Part shown: in pieces, positions 39,120-48,455 of the stretch | Numbering within the stretch: position 1 is the first letter of the stretch | Layout: each line of letters starts with the position of its first letter | Virus record (IMG/VR): IMGVR_UViG_3300031801_001562 | Source of the DNA: a virus | Lineage: Duplodnaviria; Caudoviricetes | DNA length: 64,000 nt | Reading direction: 5' to 3' (one strand) | Translations under genes and position numbers: made by a program | Notes under the pieces: model-generated | What the model was told of the DNA's origin: nothing | The model's input: only the letters and a program-made list of their open reading frames with translations | Database searches by the model: none

Positions 39120-39839
39120 TTATGCAACACCGTCCCAAAGTAAAAGATACTTAGTCAAGCCAGATACACATACTTTTATTGCACCATTTGCAGGACCGGT
39201 ATTTGTACTAACGGTATTTTCACCGGAAGTTAAAAATGGTCCGACATTGGCCCCGGCTGCAGCACTATATCCGCCTGCTGGTGTCGCATCCCAAGCAAAA
39301 GCAACATTTTGTGATGCTCCTGTTAAGGTGCTTGCAACATCAAATTTAATAAATGCTGTAGGACTTGCACTAGGTGAAGCATAGGTATTAGCATGAGATA
39401 AAATCATGACATATGAGTTACCAGAATCGGCACTATCCCATGTATTTAAATCAAGCGTAGCTTTATGTGCGGTTGTTTCTGCGGTAAAGGCAACATTAGC
39501 ATCATGTATTAAAACTTTTGAGGCGGTTGCCGTTAAAGTTCCAACATTAGCCTGAGTTGCTCCCGTGGCCATAGGTGAAACACAGATTTGCGATGTGGTA
39601 ATATTATCAAAAACATCGGTAGATGAAGGTGTAATATTAGCGGTATGCAAAGTTTTGTGAACTATTTCTTCAGTAGCAGCTGCTGTACCAGTGACGGTAT
39701 GAGTAACGTTTGCTAAGAAATCTTTAACTGTGAGTTTCTTGTTCACAGGTGATCCACTTGGATCATCTATAATATGAAGTAAATCTTCGGACGCCGCTTC
39801 TGACGCGGGCGTTAACGCGGTTATTTTCTTATCAGCCAT
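39120..39839 (-). CDS. Putative virion fibre/decoration protein
   Basis: MADKKITAL...DLL.I.DDP.G.PVNKK N-terminal module; Ala/Thr/Ser-rich beta-type remainder. Confidence 0.6.
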   Translation of the reverse strand: MADKKITALTPASEAASEDLLHIIDDPSGSPVNKKLTVKDFLANVTHTVTGTAAATEEIVHKTLHTANITPSSTDVFDNITTSQICVSPMATGATQANVGTLTATASKVLIHDANVAFTAETTAHKATLDLNTWDSADSGNSYVMILSHANTYASPSASPTAFIKFDVASTLTGASQNVAFAWDATPAGGYSAAAGANVGPFLTSGENTVSTNTGPANGAIKVCVSGLTKYLLLWDGVA

Positions 39840-39849
39840 TTTTCTCCTT

Positions 39850-39925
39850 GCTGGCTTTTGCGGTGGGACTCACCACCAGTTAAAATCATGCTGAGAATCG
39901 CTCTTGCGAAGGGTCTTTTCTCAGA
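39850..39925 (-). ncRNA. Candidate structured 5' leader (two compound hairpins)
   Basis: CUGAGAA/UUCUCAG with inner UCGC/GCGA; CUGG/CCAG with inner GGUG/CACC; abuts AAGGAG SD; about 49% GC by manual count. Confidence 0.45.
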
Positions 39926-39933
39926 CATCCAAA

Positions 39934-39941
39934 TATTTATG
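39934..39941 (-). promoter_or_regulatory. T4-type late promoter (NATAAATA)
   Basis: CATAAATA overlapping the upstream stop codon; similar AATAAATA at 39114-39121. Confidence 0.5.
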
Positions 39942-40779
39942 ATACCAATCCTAGGCGTTCTAATTCATCTATAATGTCCGCAGCTGTTGTTGCGCCGGCA
40001 ATAAAAGTAGAATTAGCTGCAACGGGAGCAGAACCATAAAATCCAACTATATCGGTCGCGCTTCCTATTTGTACGCCACCTCTAAATCTCATTACTGTAG
40101 TATTTGCAGAAATATACATATCTTTTTCGACACCATCTTCGAGTGCCATATCAATACCAGATTCTAATTGCATATTTCCGGTTTCAGAAAAGTTACTAGT
40201 AAAAGAACCATTTTCTGGAACGCTATCTTCTATTAATAGACTGCCTTGAAAATCTATTCTTGATTCTATCAAACCAACAATTTGCCATCGATCAGCTGTC
40301 TTGTGTCCGACAACTGTATCAAATTTAATACTAATACCATTAGCAAGGGCTTGATTAGTTCCGTCAATATCAACAGTTGTTGCTCCGGTTGAAGTATCTC
40401 CGTCTCTCCACCATTTAAAAGTGTCATTGGCGGTTATGGAAGTACCATCAATTTCAACATGCCATACTGAATTTTCTTCTAAATCAAGAGTTCCTAAAAC
40501 AACTGTTAAATCATCTACCTCACCTTTTATTATTTCAGGCTGTAAAGTTGTTTTAGAATTTCTTAAATTTATGTCTCTGGCAACATTTGTATCAGCGCGG
40601 GATTGAATTTTATTAGCAACACTTCTTGTGGTTTTATCCGTAGATAAAGCTGATAACAAATTATCTAACCTTATCTTTTTATTAACCGGATTACCAATTG
40701 GATCATCTACTATGATTAATAAATCTTCGGAGGTAGGCGATGCATGAGTATCTAAAGCTGGTATAGTTTTGTCTGCCAT
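39937..40779 (-). CDS. Putative virion fibre/decoration protein, shares N-terminal module with 39120..39839
   Basis: MADKTIPAL...SEDLLIIVDDPIGNPVNKK; C-terminal IIDELERLGLV. Confidence 0.6.
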   Translation of the reverse strand: MADKTIPALDTHASPTSEDLLIIVDDPIGNPVNKKIRLDNLLSALSTDKTTRSVANKIQSRADTNVARDINLRNSKTTLQPEIIKGEVDDLTVVLGTLDLEENSVWHVEIDGTSITANDTFKWWRDGDTSTGATTVDIDGTNQALANGISIKFDTVVGHKTADRWQIVGLIESRIDFQGSLLIEDSVPENGSFTSNFSETGNMQLESGIDMALEDGVEKDMYISANTTVMRFRGGVQIGSATDIVGFYGSAPVAANSTFIAGATTAADIIDELERLGLVS

Positions 40780-41022
40780 TTATTTCTTCGATTCTGTTTC
40801 AAGTTCTTTCAGTTCGGGTACTTCAACGTCTACAGATTCAGCTGTCGTTAAAATATCATCGCAAGCACTAATTGCACCTGCGTAAGCTTGTATATTAGCT
40901 TTTGTTTGCTCAACTTCTTGAAGCTGCTGCGAAAGCTGTTTTTCAAACTCGACTTTCGCAGCTGCATGTTGATTGCGTTTTACAACAATTGTGCTCACAT
41001 TTATATTTTCAATATATTCCAT
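40780..41022 (-). CDS. Small coiled-coil protein
   Basis: FEKQLSQQLQEVEQTKANIQAYAGAISACDDIL. Confidence 0.7.
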   Translation of the reverse strand: MEYIENINVSTIVVKRNQHAAAKVEFEKQLSQQLQEVEQTKANIQAYAGAISACDDILTTAESVDVEVPELKELETESKK

Positions 41023-41036
41023 AATTTAATTAATTA

Positions 41037-41636
41037 TTAAGGAGCTGCAATTGTAATTTGTGAATAACCTATTGCTGTTTTAACCGCAGCAGTTAACTTA
41101 CCTGATGCTAGTTCTATGGCAACACCTGATACTGTATCTTTTAGGTTTGCTCGATTACCCATTGCTACATTAGCTGCAAGATCATAAGTTGTTGCTTGTG
41201 AACTTGTTGCTGTAAACCTTAACACGTTTCCAGCTACACCGGTAGCTATTGCTGTTCCGGAAATATGTGTGACTGTTGCGGTTACGTTTGATCCTGCTCC
41301 TGCTGTAAGTAACAGAGTTGCTGCTGAACCAGCTGTATAAGTTACAGATTCATCATAGGCAATTTCAAATACGATATTACCTGCAGAACCGTGTGCTGTA
41401 GAAGTCACAATTCTATAGTTTGACATCGTTGGATGTTTCAATCCAACAGCAGCGGTTGCACCGGCGAGTCCGCCAATTGCAACTAAAATTTCTGGTGCGT
41501 CACTTCCTGGAAGTTTCGTTTCCCACCCTCGATTAGTTGCATAGACACCAGTTTTGTCATACGTATGACCTGCCGAATCGGGCAACCATTTAGGTTTATT
41601 ATCTGCCGCATCGTGAGTTGTTCCCCATAAAGGCAT
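41037..41636 (-). CDS. Putative virion structural protein
   Basis: MPLWG...KPKWL...YAT.RGW...EILVAIGGL N-terminus typical of T4-like late proteins; preceded by TATAAATA. Confidence 0.6.
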   Translation of the reverse strand: MPLWGTTHDAADNKPKWLPDSAGHTYDKTGVYATNRGWETKLPGSDAPEILVAIGGLAGATAAVGLKHPTMSNYRIVTSTAHGSAGNIVFEIAYDESVTYTAGSAATLLLTAGAGSNVTATVTHISGTAIATGVAGNVLRFTATSSQATTYDLAANVAMGNRANLKDTVSGVAIELASGKLTAAVKTAIGYSQITIAAP

Positions 41637-41666
41637 TTTGTTCTCCTTGATTTGTTAGTTATTTAA

Positions 41667-41674
41667 TATTTATA
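41667..41674 (-). promoter_or_regulatory. T4 late promoter
   Basis: Exact TATAAATA on minus strand about 30 nt before the ATG at 41636. Confidence 0.7.
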
Positions 41675-42413
41675 ATAATTTTTTAAATTCGTTTATAGAT
41701 ATTGTATCTATATTAGAAATTTCTTTATTAAAACACCATTCTTCCTGAACATGAATAAAGTCAACTTCAGGAAAGTGATCTGTAAATATTACTTCAAAAT
41801 TCTGAATCCATCCTTTTGCCTTGACCGGTAAAGCATAACTCGGAGCATAACAATAAGTATCTTTATATATATTATTTACTTTTCCATTATTTATGTTAAA
41901 ATCAAAACCCATTAAATAAACCTTTTCCGGTTTTTCATTCTCACAACATAACCAGGTTGCAAGAGGTCCTGAATCTAACAAAGGTATATGTTTTAAATCA
42001 TCTACTACGTTTATCTTATCTTCTTCTGATACCCATGTAAACCAATGACATGGCTTTTCCTCCAAATCCATTGTATGTGTATCATCATGAAAAACTCTAC
42101 TAATTTCTTGACCATAATAAGCAAATTTGAAACTGGTATTTTCATTCTCAATAACTTCAATGTCAGGTGATACTGTTGACCTTAAAACCGGATACATATC
42201 AGAATCCAGTAACTGAAAATTTCTAAACCAACATTGATGTAACTTAGGATAATCAGAAGTAACAAGTTCATGTAACATCTTATTATCTATGCATATAAGA
42301 TTAGTTGGAGGCCAATCTCTATACATCGCATTACAACCATATGTTATATGGTTTAATAATAAATCTAAATTAAAGTCTTTACGACTTTCACCGTTTCCTA
42401 TCACTACATACAT
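41670..42413 (-). CDS. Hypothetical protein, possible sugar-transferase (Maf/GT29-like) fold
   Basis: VIGNGESR, YGCNA, ICID, SGP.A...C, VYLMGFDF...NIY pattern. Confidence 0.45.
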   Translation of the reverse strand: MYVVIGNGESRKDFNLDLLLNHITYGCNAMYRDWPPTNLICIDNKMLHELVTSDYPKLHQCWFRNFQLLDSDMYPVLRSTVSPDIEVIENENTSFKFAYYGQEISRVFHDDTHTMDLEEKPCHWFTWVSEEDKINVVDDLKHIPLLDSGPLATWLCCENEKPEKVYLMGFDFNINNGKVNNIYKDTYCYAPSYALPVKAKGWIQNFEVIFTDHFPEVDFIHVQEEWCFNKEISNIDTISINEFKKLL

Positions 42414-42425
42414 AACTATATTTTA

Positions 42426-45308
42426 CTATACAGTCGGATTAACCCTAACTCCCAAAGGTTCTGCTGCTCTAGGTGATGCATATGAATAAGCATCTCCAAC
42501 CCTAGTAATTTGTCCTGCTTGAACCATATCATCTAAGAGTTTCTGCACAACTGTTGGACTACATCTTAATGTTCTAGCAATAGTTGAAGCAGAAGCGGGT
42601 TCATCGGAAACAGCAAATTCAGCGCCAACTGGTTCACCATCGATACTAGCATAAGAACTTCGAAACAATTCTAAAACTTGATCTTGTAACGAAGTATCTT
42701 CATTTGTTTCAGATATTTTGTTCTTAAATTTTCGAACAAATGCTACTCCTGTACTTTCTTTCATTTTCTCCTGTTCTGGTTCCATTTTTATTTTATTATT
42801 AATTTTACCATTTTCTTTTACTTTGGAATCACTTTCATCATCGTCTTTCTTTATTGCTTTAGAAATGGCTTTTCTTTTAGTGTGAATAAACTCATCAGAA
42901 TCATCCGTTTCACCGTCATTATCAATATCTGTATCTTTACGTTTATCAAATTTCTTTTTCAGAGCTTTGGGCTGGACTGCGTCTAATCCTTCGCCATCGT
43001 CATCTTTATCATTCTTATTAGTTTCTTTAGTTATTATCGGTTCTACAGATTGCCTCTTACCTAGAATTTCTTTGGCTTTTTCATAAGCTAATTTTTTAAT
43101 TTTTTCTTTAAAAATTCTACGTCTAGCATCGAGTCTTTCAGGTGATTGATCTTCAAAGTATTCAACCATTTGTCCGTCTGGGTCATAACTTCCGCCAAGT
43201 ATAGCTGAGCCAATCGCACCCATTACTTTTCCTTTTGTTGATGTCCGAACATCCTTTTTAAGACCAGGATCATCTTGTAACTTTGCTTGAGCTAGTCTCT
43301 TTCTAGCTCTTTCTTTGTTTTCCGCATCCATTCTTTTCTGTTGGGATTTGTCTGCATTTGCTCCAGTAGTGTTTCGTTGTTGATTGGCGCTAGTTTGAGT
43401 ATTCTTGGAAGTAGTAGTTTGGATTTGCGCCTTTTTCTTTTGATCTTTTACAGCTTTATTTGCGATTTTATCTGCATCAGATGTCACGGTCCGGACTCCG
43501 GCAGTTTTGGTTGGCTGCGCGCCGACAACTCTCTTTGCGACGTTCTTTATACCCGATCCAATCTTGCCTAAGGTTTTTTTCATTAGTCCGGGTTTTTGTT
43601 TAGATTTTAGTTCTACTGATCTCTCTTTTTCTTTCTCAATACCTGATAGAGTATCCGCGTGTGCCTGCGCTGCATCGTTTTTCGCAGTTCTTTTTTCGAG
43701 TTCGTTTCGAGCTCTACCAGATGCTGACATCCAATTCGGTAATTCTGCCAACACTTCCTCATCTTCTAATTGATTTACAAAAGTCGCGAATGAAGTTTGT
43801 TCATCTTCATTAAGAGAATTAAACATTTCGGTGACCTCGTCAATAACTCGTTCAGTTATATCTGAATCATCCGTAATCATTTGACCGCAAGCTTTTTCTA
43901 AATCTTCTAATTCACATTCATCTGCTAATTTTTGAACTTCGGGTGAAGGAGCATCAATTGTTCCCATTTTAGTAGCATAAGCAAGAGAAACTAATCTGCG
44001 CTCTGTATTTTTAATTAACCTCTCACCAATTTCTCCCCATGTTAATTCATGATATTTTTTATACATTCCTTCAAGAATAAATTTATGAGAAGGAACTTCG
44101 CATGTATCATATCCCTCTGTTTTCATTTTTTTCATAACCGAATTAGCAACTTTTTGGTCGGTCATTAGTACCATCAAAACACTTTGTCGTGCTTCTTCTG
44201 ACATCTTATCTAGATAAGGTGCTAATTTATCATAATCTTTTTTAGATACTAACGAAGCGGCACCTTCGATTGAAAGTCTATCTTTTCCTCTAACAGCTCT
44301 GGCTAATTCTTTAATTTGTTTAGCTATTCCTTTTGATGTAGGAAGTTCCTTTGATTCTGTTTCCATTCCTTGATCACACCATCCACAATGTTCTTCGATA
44401 TCATGATAATTATTAAATACCTTTTTAGCCCATTCCATATTTGTTACTGTATCTTGTTTCTTGGAAAAATCAGGCTCTTCTATTCCTTTAACCCTCTTCT
44501 TCAAATTGTCATCTCTGTAATCTTTTTTATTCAAACTTTTTTTCTGCTTCAGTCTTTTTTCATCAACTGGCATCCAACTTTCCCTTTTGTCTTTTAGTTT
44601 CTGGGCTGGCGTCTTATATCCCTTAGCCATTGCTCCTAATGCGCTATCACCTACAGGATCTTTATCTTCATCTTCTTTTCTTTTTTCATCTTCTTTTCTT
44701 TTATTATTATACATATCAACGCCTTTACCTACTGCATCCTCATTTTTTTTAGCGTACCAGTCGTCCTTTCTCCTCTCTTGGTCACTTTTTGGAGCCGTAA
44801 ATGGAACTTTTTTCTTTACAGGTGCTTTTTTGTGCATTTGAGGATTTGCTTTTTTGTGATCTGCATAAGCATCATCTCCTTTATACCAGGCAGCCCGGAC
44901 ATCATCTTGATAATCTTCCGATTGTTGCTTTTCCCTCTGGGCTTGTGCCTGATCGGATGTTGGCCCAGCGATAGAGACTTTCCTTACTCCGCCTTGCTGA
45001 GTTTGAAGTTGTTTTTTCTTTGATGCTTCAGCTGCTTTTGCTCGTGCTATAGCAGGATCCATTGCCATTGCTTCAGCTGCCTCTATAGCCTTAGTAATTG
45101 CTTTTCTTTTCTTATGTAGAAACTTATCAGAATTGTCTTCATCTCCATCTTTGTCTATATCAACATGATCGTCATCTGAACGATCTTTCCAATCCTGTTT
45201 AACTGCATCTTTGTCCACAGGAGCGAGTTTTTTCTCTCTAATCATTCTAACATCTTCAGCGGTTACCGCGGTCCAATTCGCGGGATAATATTTTGACCAG
45301 TCCATCAT
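42426..45308 (-). CDS. Large low-complexity charged protein, probable internal head/core protein
   Basis: 960 aa, K/E/D/A-rich; two DxDxDG repeats; C-terminal winged-helix-like segment; within late module. Confidence 0.6.
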   Translation of the reverse strand: MMDWSKYYPANWTAVTAEDVRMIREKKLAPVDKDAVKQDWKDRSDDDHVDIDKDGDEDNSDKFLHKKRKAITKAIEAAEAMAMDPAIARAKAAEASKKKQLQTQQGGVRKVSIAGPTSDQAQAQREKQQSEDYQDDVRAAWYKGDDAYADHKKANPQMHKKAPVKKKVPFTAPKSDQERRKDDWYAKKNEDAVGKGVDMYNNKRKEDEKRKEDEDKDPVGDSALGAMAKGYKTPAQKLKDKRESWMPVDEKRLKQKKSLNKKDYRDDNLKKRVKGIEEPDFSKKQDTVTNMEWAKKVFNNYHDIEEHCGWCDQGMETESKELPTSKGIAKQIKELARAVRGKDRLSIEGAASLVSKKDYDKLAPYLDKMSEEARQSVLMVLMTDQKVANSVMKKMKTEGYDTCEVPSHKFILEGMYKKYHELTWGEIGERLIKNTERRLVSLAYATKMGTIDAPSPEVQKLADECELEDLEKACGQMITDDSDITERVIDEVTEMFNSLNEDEQTSFATFVNQLEDEEVLAELPNWMSASGRARNELEKRTAKNDAAQAHADTLSGIEKEKERSVELKSKQKPGLMKKTLGKIGSGIKNVAKRVVGAQPTKTAGVRTVTSDADKIANKAVKDQKKKAQIQTTTSKNTQTSANQQRNTTGANADKSQQKRMDAENKERARKRLAQAKLQDDPGLKKDVRTSTKGKVMGAIGSAILGGSYDPDGQMVEYFEDQSPERLDARRRIFKEKIKKLAYEKAKEILGKRQSVEPIITKETNKNDKDDDGEGLDAVQPKALKKKFDKRKDTDIDNDGETDDSDEFIHTKRKAISKAIKKDDDESDSKVKENGKINNKIKMEPEQEKMKESTGVAFVRKFKNKISETNEDTSLQDQVLELFRSSYASIDGEPVGAEFAVSDEPASASTIARTLRCSPTVVQKLLDDMVQAGQITRVGDAYSYASPRAAEPLGVRVNPTV
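42852..45161 (-). repeat. Two copies of a 26-aa EF-hand-like motif (45084-45161 and 42852-42929)
   Basis: DIDKDGDEDNSDKFLHKKRKAITKAI vs DIDNDGETDDSDEFIHTKRKAISKAI. Confidence 0.8.
44667..44702. repeat. Perfect 18-bp tandem duplication (KRKEDE x2)
   Basis: ttcatcttcttttctttt repeated twice. Confidence 0.85.
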
Positions 45309-46699
45309 TTGCTCCTACTTGCAATTATTTTCGAAAGAATTTTATTATGTCTTTCTGTTTGATTTAATCTTTTTTTATCTTGTTCGAGTTTAAACTCCTC
45401 TTCGGGAGTCAAATTCACAATATATTGTCTATATTTATCTGTTCCTAATTCTAACTGTCTACCTTCGGATGCACGATTCTTATTCCATTCTTTTAAACCG
45501 AGAATTTTTTGCAATTTATTACTAACAGGGACTTCGAAATCTACTTTATCTACAGAAAGATTATCTACCATTTCATGTAAATATGTGAAATCTGTCTTAT
45601 TAAAATCAACCATTCCAGACTGTTCATCTAATATTGTTATATAATCAGTTGTCTTTTTAATAAGTCCTCTTAATTTTGAAAGTTCCCAAAGTTTTACTTT
45701 TTCCGTTATTAATTCATAAGTTCCAAAAAATTCTTGGCATTCTTTTAAACATCCTTTAATATAAGCTATTTCTTGAGTATGATATGGTAAAGTTTTTATA
45801 TATTCAAATATTTTAGTAGCTCTCTTATCTACACAAAATATTTCTCCTTCAAATTCAACATTCTCCATCCATAAACTCTCTTTAACATCATCATCGGGCA
45901 TGGGTGGATAATTCACTGGACGCATTTTTGGCATATGAGTAGAAATAAAACTATCCGCAGCTTTTTTTTGTTGTTTTGGGTTTTTTCCCTTAGGCTTCTG
46001 CATCACAGCTTTACTCGGTCGTATTTTGCTTATATCAAGCACTTCCGTAGTACTGAGTTTTTCTTTTATTTGCTTTTCCATTACACTAAGTTTCATTTGT
46101 TTTCTTAATAATTGATATAGACTTCTTTTGTCTCTTTCACTTAAAGTATCGGGTAAACCCGTCTTAAATGCATCGAAATCGCTATCTACAGCAAGAGATC
46201 TTAATTTAGATGCAGACATACCGGCAGCATCATCCGCGTCTGGATCTCTTTCCCCAGCACTTTCTATATCTATATTTTTAAAATCATAAAAGCCATGTGG
46301 CTTATCTTCAACGCCATTATATTGAGACAAGAGCTTTTTAAATTCATTTATCCTATCACTTCCAACAACCATAATGATTTGTTCATATCCCTCATCATGT
46401 AATAATGAAGCAGCTCTCATAACATCATTAGGTTGATCTTTGGAATATTTGAAAATGTCTTGTCCTCTTGGTTTAAACATTTTCTTCATCCATTTGACTT
46501 TATTTTTATAATCTAATGGATTTTTTTTCGAATCTTGAGAAGAACTTAAAAAAACAAAAGCGTCAGCCCGATTTCGTTTAGCCACAGTTTCAATTTTATT
46601 AACCAAAACTTCATGTCCAATCGTAGGGGGATTGAATCGACCAAATGTAAATACAGCAGTTTTTAATGTTCCTTCACGTAATTCAGAAAATGATGTCAT
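45305..46699 (-). CDS. HIGH-superfamily nucleotidyltransferase (T4-like 'cytidyltransferase') with C-terminal extension
   Basis: FTFGRFNPPTIGH, KNPL, VVGSDR, SAGERDPD, MSASKLR. Confidence 0.85.
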   Translation of the reverse strand: MTSFSELREGTLKTAVFTFGRFNPPTIGHEVLVNKIETVAKRNRADAFVFLSSSQDSKKNPLDYKNKVKWMKKMFKPRGQDIFKYSKDQPNDVMRAASLLHDEGYEQIIMVVGSDRINEFKKLLSQYNGVEDKPHGFYDFKNIDIESAGERDPDADDAAGMSASKLRSLAVDSDFDAFKTGLPDTLSERDKRSLYQLLRKQMKLSVMEKQIKEKLSTTEVLDISKIRPSKAVMQKPKGKNPKQQKKAADSFISTHMPKMRPVNYPPMPDDDVKESLWMENVEFEGEIFCVDKRATKIFEYIKTLPYHTQEIAYIKGCLKECQEFFGTYELITEKVKLWELSKLRGLIKKTTDYITILDEQSGMVDFNKTDFTYLHEMVDNLSVDKVDFEVPVSNKLQKILGLKEWNKNRASEGRQLELGTDKYRQYIVNLTPEEEFKLEQDKKRLNQTERHNKILSKIIASRSK

Positions 46700-46938
46700 T
46701 TATCCTCTTCTCCGGGTTTGACAATTTTGTTCGGAGTTCTATTACTAGTAATCATTGACGCATAAGTATCTTGAACAGATTTGTTCGCGCTCTGTTCTGA
46801 CATGTCCCGAATTTGTTCTTTAGTATATTTAAACCCTTTAGACTTTTTATCTACAATTCTTTTTACAGAATTTGCTAGATCACTATAATCTTCACCTGAA
46901 AAGGGGCTATCACCGAAATAATTATGTTTATCTGCCAT
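46696..46938 (-). CDS. Hypothetical protein (80 aa)
   Basis: AGGAG SD, ATGA overlap downstream. Confidence 0.65.
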   Translation of the reverse strand: MADKHNYFGDSPFSGEDYSDLANSVKRIVDKKSKGFKYTKEQIRDMSEQSANKSVQDTYASMITSNRTPNKIVKPGEEDK

Positions 46939-46980
46939 TATATTCTCCTATTGTTGTAATTAAAGGTTTTCATTTATCTT

Positions 46981-47235
46981 CTACCAGCTGTCGCGATCTA
47001 TCCTTGCATCTGAAAATTCTTCTATCGCATCAAAAAAACCTTGCATCATATAAGGTAATTTGGGTTGCCTTCTACCAAACTTTTCCATATAATCTTCAAA
47101 TACTTGAGCCAATTTATTTTTAGCTCTATTTGGTGCTGCATCAATACAATCACCGAGGGCTTTAATCAATTTATCAGAATCCTTAGATTCATTCAGTGCT
47201 GTTTCTTTTACAAAAATAGGTCTCATTGGTCCCAC
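46981..47235 (-). CDS. Hypothetical protein (84 aa)
   Basis: ORF filling a gap in the late module. Confidence 0.55.
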   Translation of the reverse strand: MGPMRPIFVKETALNESKDSDKLIKALGDCIDAAPNRAKNKLAQVFEDYMEKFGRRQPKLPYMMQGFFDAIEEFSDARIDRDSW

Positions 47236-48455
47236 TCCTTTTCTGCGGTGAAATTTATTCTACTAAATTCCATCCTGTTAACTAATTTTAAACCTTTTTG
47301 ATTATCAAAGGTATCAATGGCAACAAAACCTTCCGGCTTAGTCACTCTATACCCTGAAGAAGTTTTTATAAAAGTATTAGTTATTCCTTTTACTTCTTCT
47401 AATTTTTTAACTATAAAAAGTTTTATATTGTTTATTAATGACATTAATCGAAATATGATCTCTATTTGATCCATAGAACCATTTAAAGTTTTCATATATC
47501 CATCAACAGTCATTTGTTTTCTTTGTCTACCTCTTTCAGACTTTAACTTCCCAACTTCTTTCTGCATTTTATTCTCAATCCACTTAACACAATCCTTTGC
47601 TGATCTTTTATAGTTATCAACAAATTCACCTTCTCTAACTTTTGTGTTCATGAATGTTTTAATGTGCGTTCTAATAATATTATCTTTTGATATATTATCT
47701 AAAAATCTTCCATTAACTTTATTAAAATCTTTTCCTAATTCAGAAAGCATTCCGGTTACTTTAGTGGTATCTGATTGAGTAAATGTTGCTGAACCACTTA
47801 AATCAGTAAAATCAGCATTTACTGCCCACACATCTCTATGAGAAGACCATAGATTTATATCTGCCCCAAATTCTGCTCTAAGATCGTTTAAATCGTCGGC
47901 ACCAGTTGTTCTATATGTTGTATGAAAAACAATCCCAACTTTAGCAGCAATAATTTTTTTAGCTAATTCAGTATTTAATGGAACAGCATATGTTATAGTA
48001 TTAGGTGTAAAAGTAACATACTTTTCTTTATCAATTGTTTTAATTTTTTTATCTTTATTATCTGTCCAAAGAACATCTCCATGGAATATATTTCCTGGTA
48101 TATTTAATTTGGGCAAATGTTCTAAAAGAGCAGACATTTTTGGATGTAAAGGTCCGCCACCAAAATGTTCATCTACGTCTGATTGTGTAAAACAAGGTTT
48201 CCTCATTGATTTATAATCAACGAAAAATTTTCCATTAGGATGAATTCCTGCTACCGCTGCTGGTGCACCATCCCATTTAACTGTAACATTAACAGCTTCT
48301 TTATTATTACCTGCTAACATATCTCTTAAAGATCTTAAAAAATTAATAGCACCTCTAGTACCATTAACTCCTCCATTCAACACCTCATCTTCGAGATGTT
48401 CCATATGGAGATTCTTACCTGAAGCTTCTATAAGAAATTGTTTGTAAGATTTCAT
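47223..48455 (-). CDS. Conserved T4-like protein with ligase-like KxDG motif
   Basis: KNLHMEHLED, TVKWDGAPA, GDVL, PNTITY, PEGFVA; start Met6 gives an ATGA overlap. Confidence 0.75.
   Translation of the reverse strand: MKSYKQFLIEASGKNLHMEHLEDEVLNGGVNGTRGAINFLRSLRDMLAGNNKEAVNVTVKWDGAPAAVAGIHPNGKFFVDYKSMRKPCFTQSDVDEHFGGGPLHPKMSALLEHLPKLNIPGNIFHGDVLWTDNKDKKIKTIDKEKYVTFTPNTITYAVPLNTELAKKIIAAKVGIVFHTTYRTTGADDLNDLRAEFGADINLWSSHRDVWAVNADFTDLSGSATFTQSDTTKVTGMLSELGKDFNKVNGRFLDNISKDNIIRTHIKTFMNTKVREGEFVDNYKRSAKDCVKWIENKMQKEVGKLKSERGRQRKQMTVDGYMKTLNGSMDQIEIIFRLMSLINNIKLFIVKKLEEVKGITNTFIKTSSGYRVTKPEGFVAIDTFDNQKGLKLVNRMEFSRINFTAEKEWDQ

Noticed and set aside
39850-39880. Plus-strand ...CACCACCA resembling a tRNA 3' end
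   Set aside because: No TTC T-loop, D-arm or cloverleaf can be built
42470-42690. Z-DNA-binding (Z-alpha) domain at the C-terminus of the 960-aa protein
   Set aside because: Winged-helix-like, but the conserved Asn/Tyr/Trp Z-alpha contact residues are not evident
44667-44702. 18-bp tandem repeat as a phase-variation or contingency locus
   Set aside because: Only two in-frame copies in a low-complexity protein; simple slippage is sufficient
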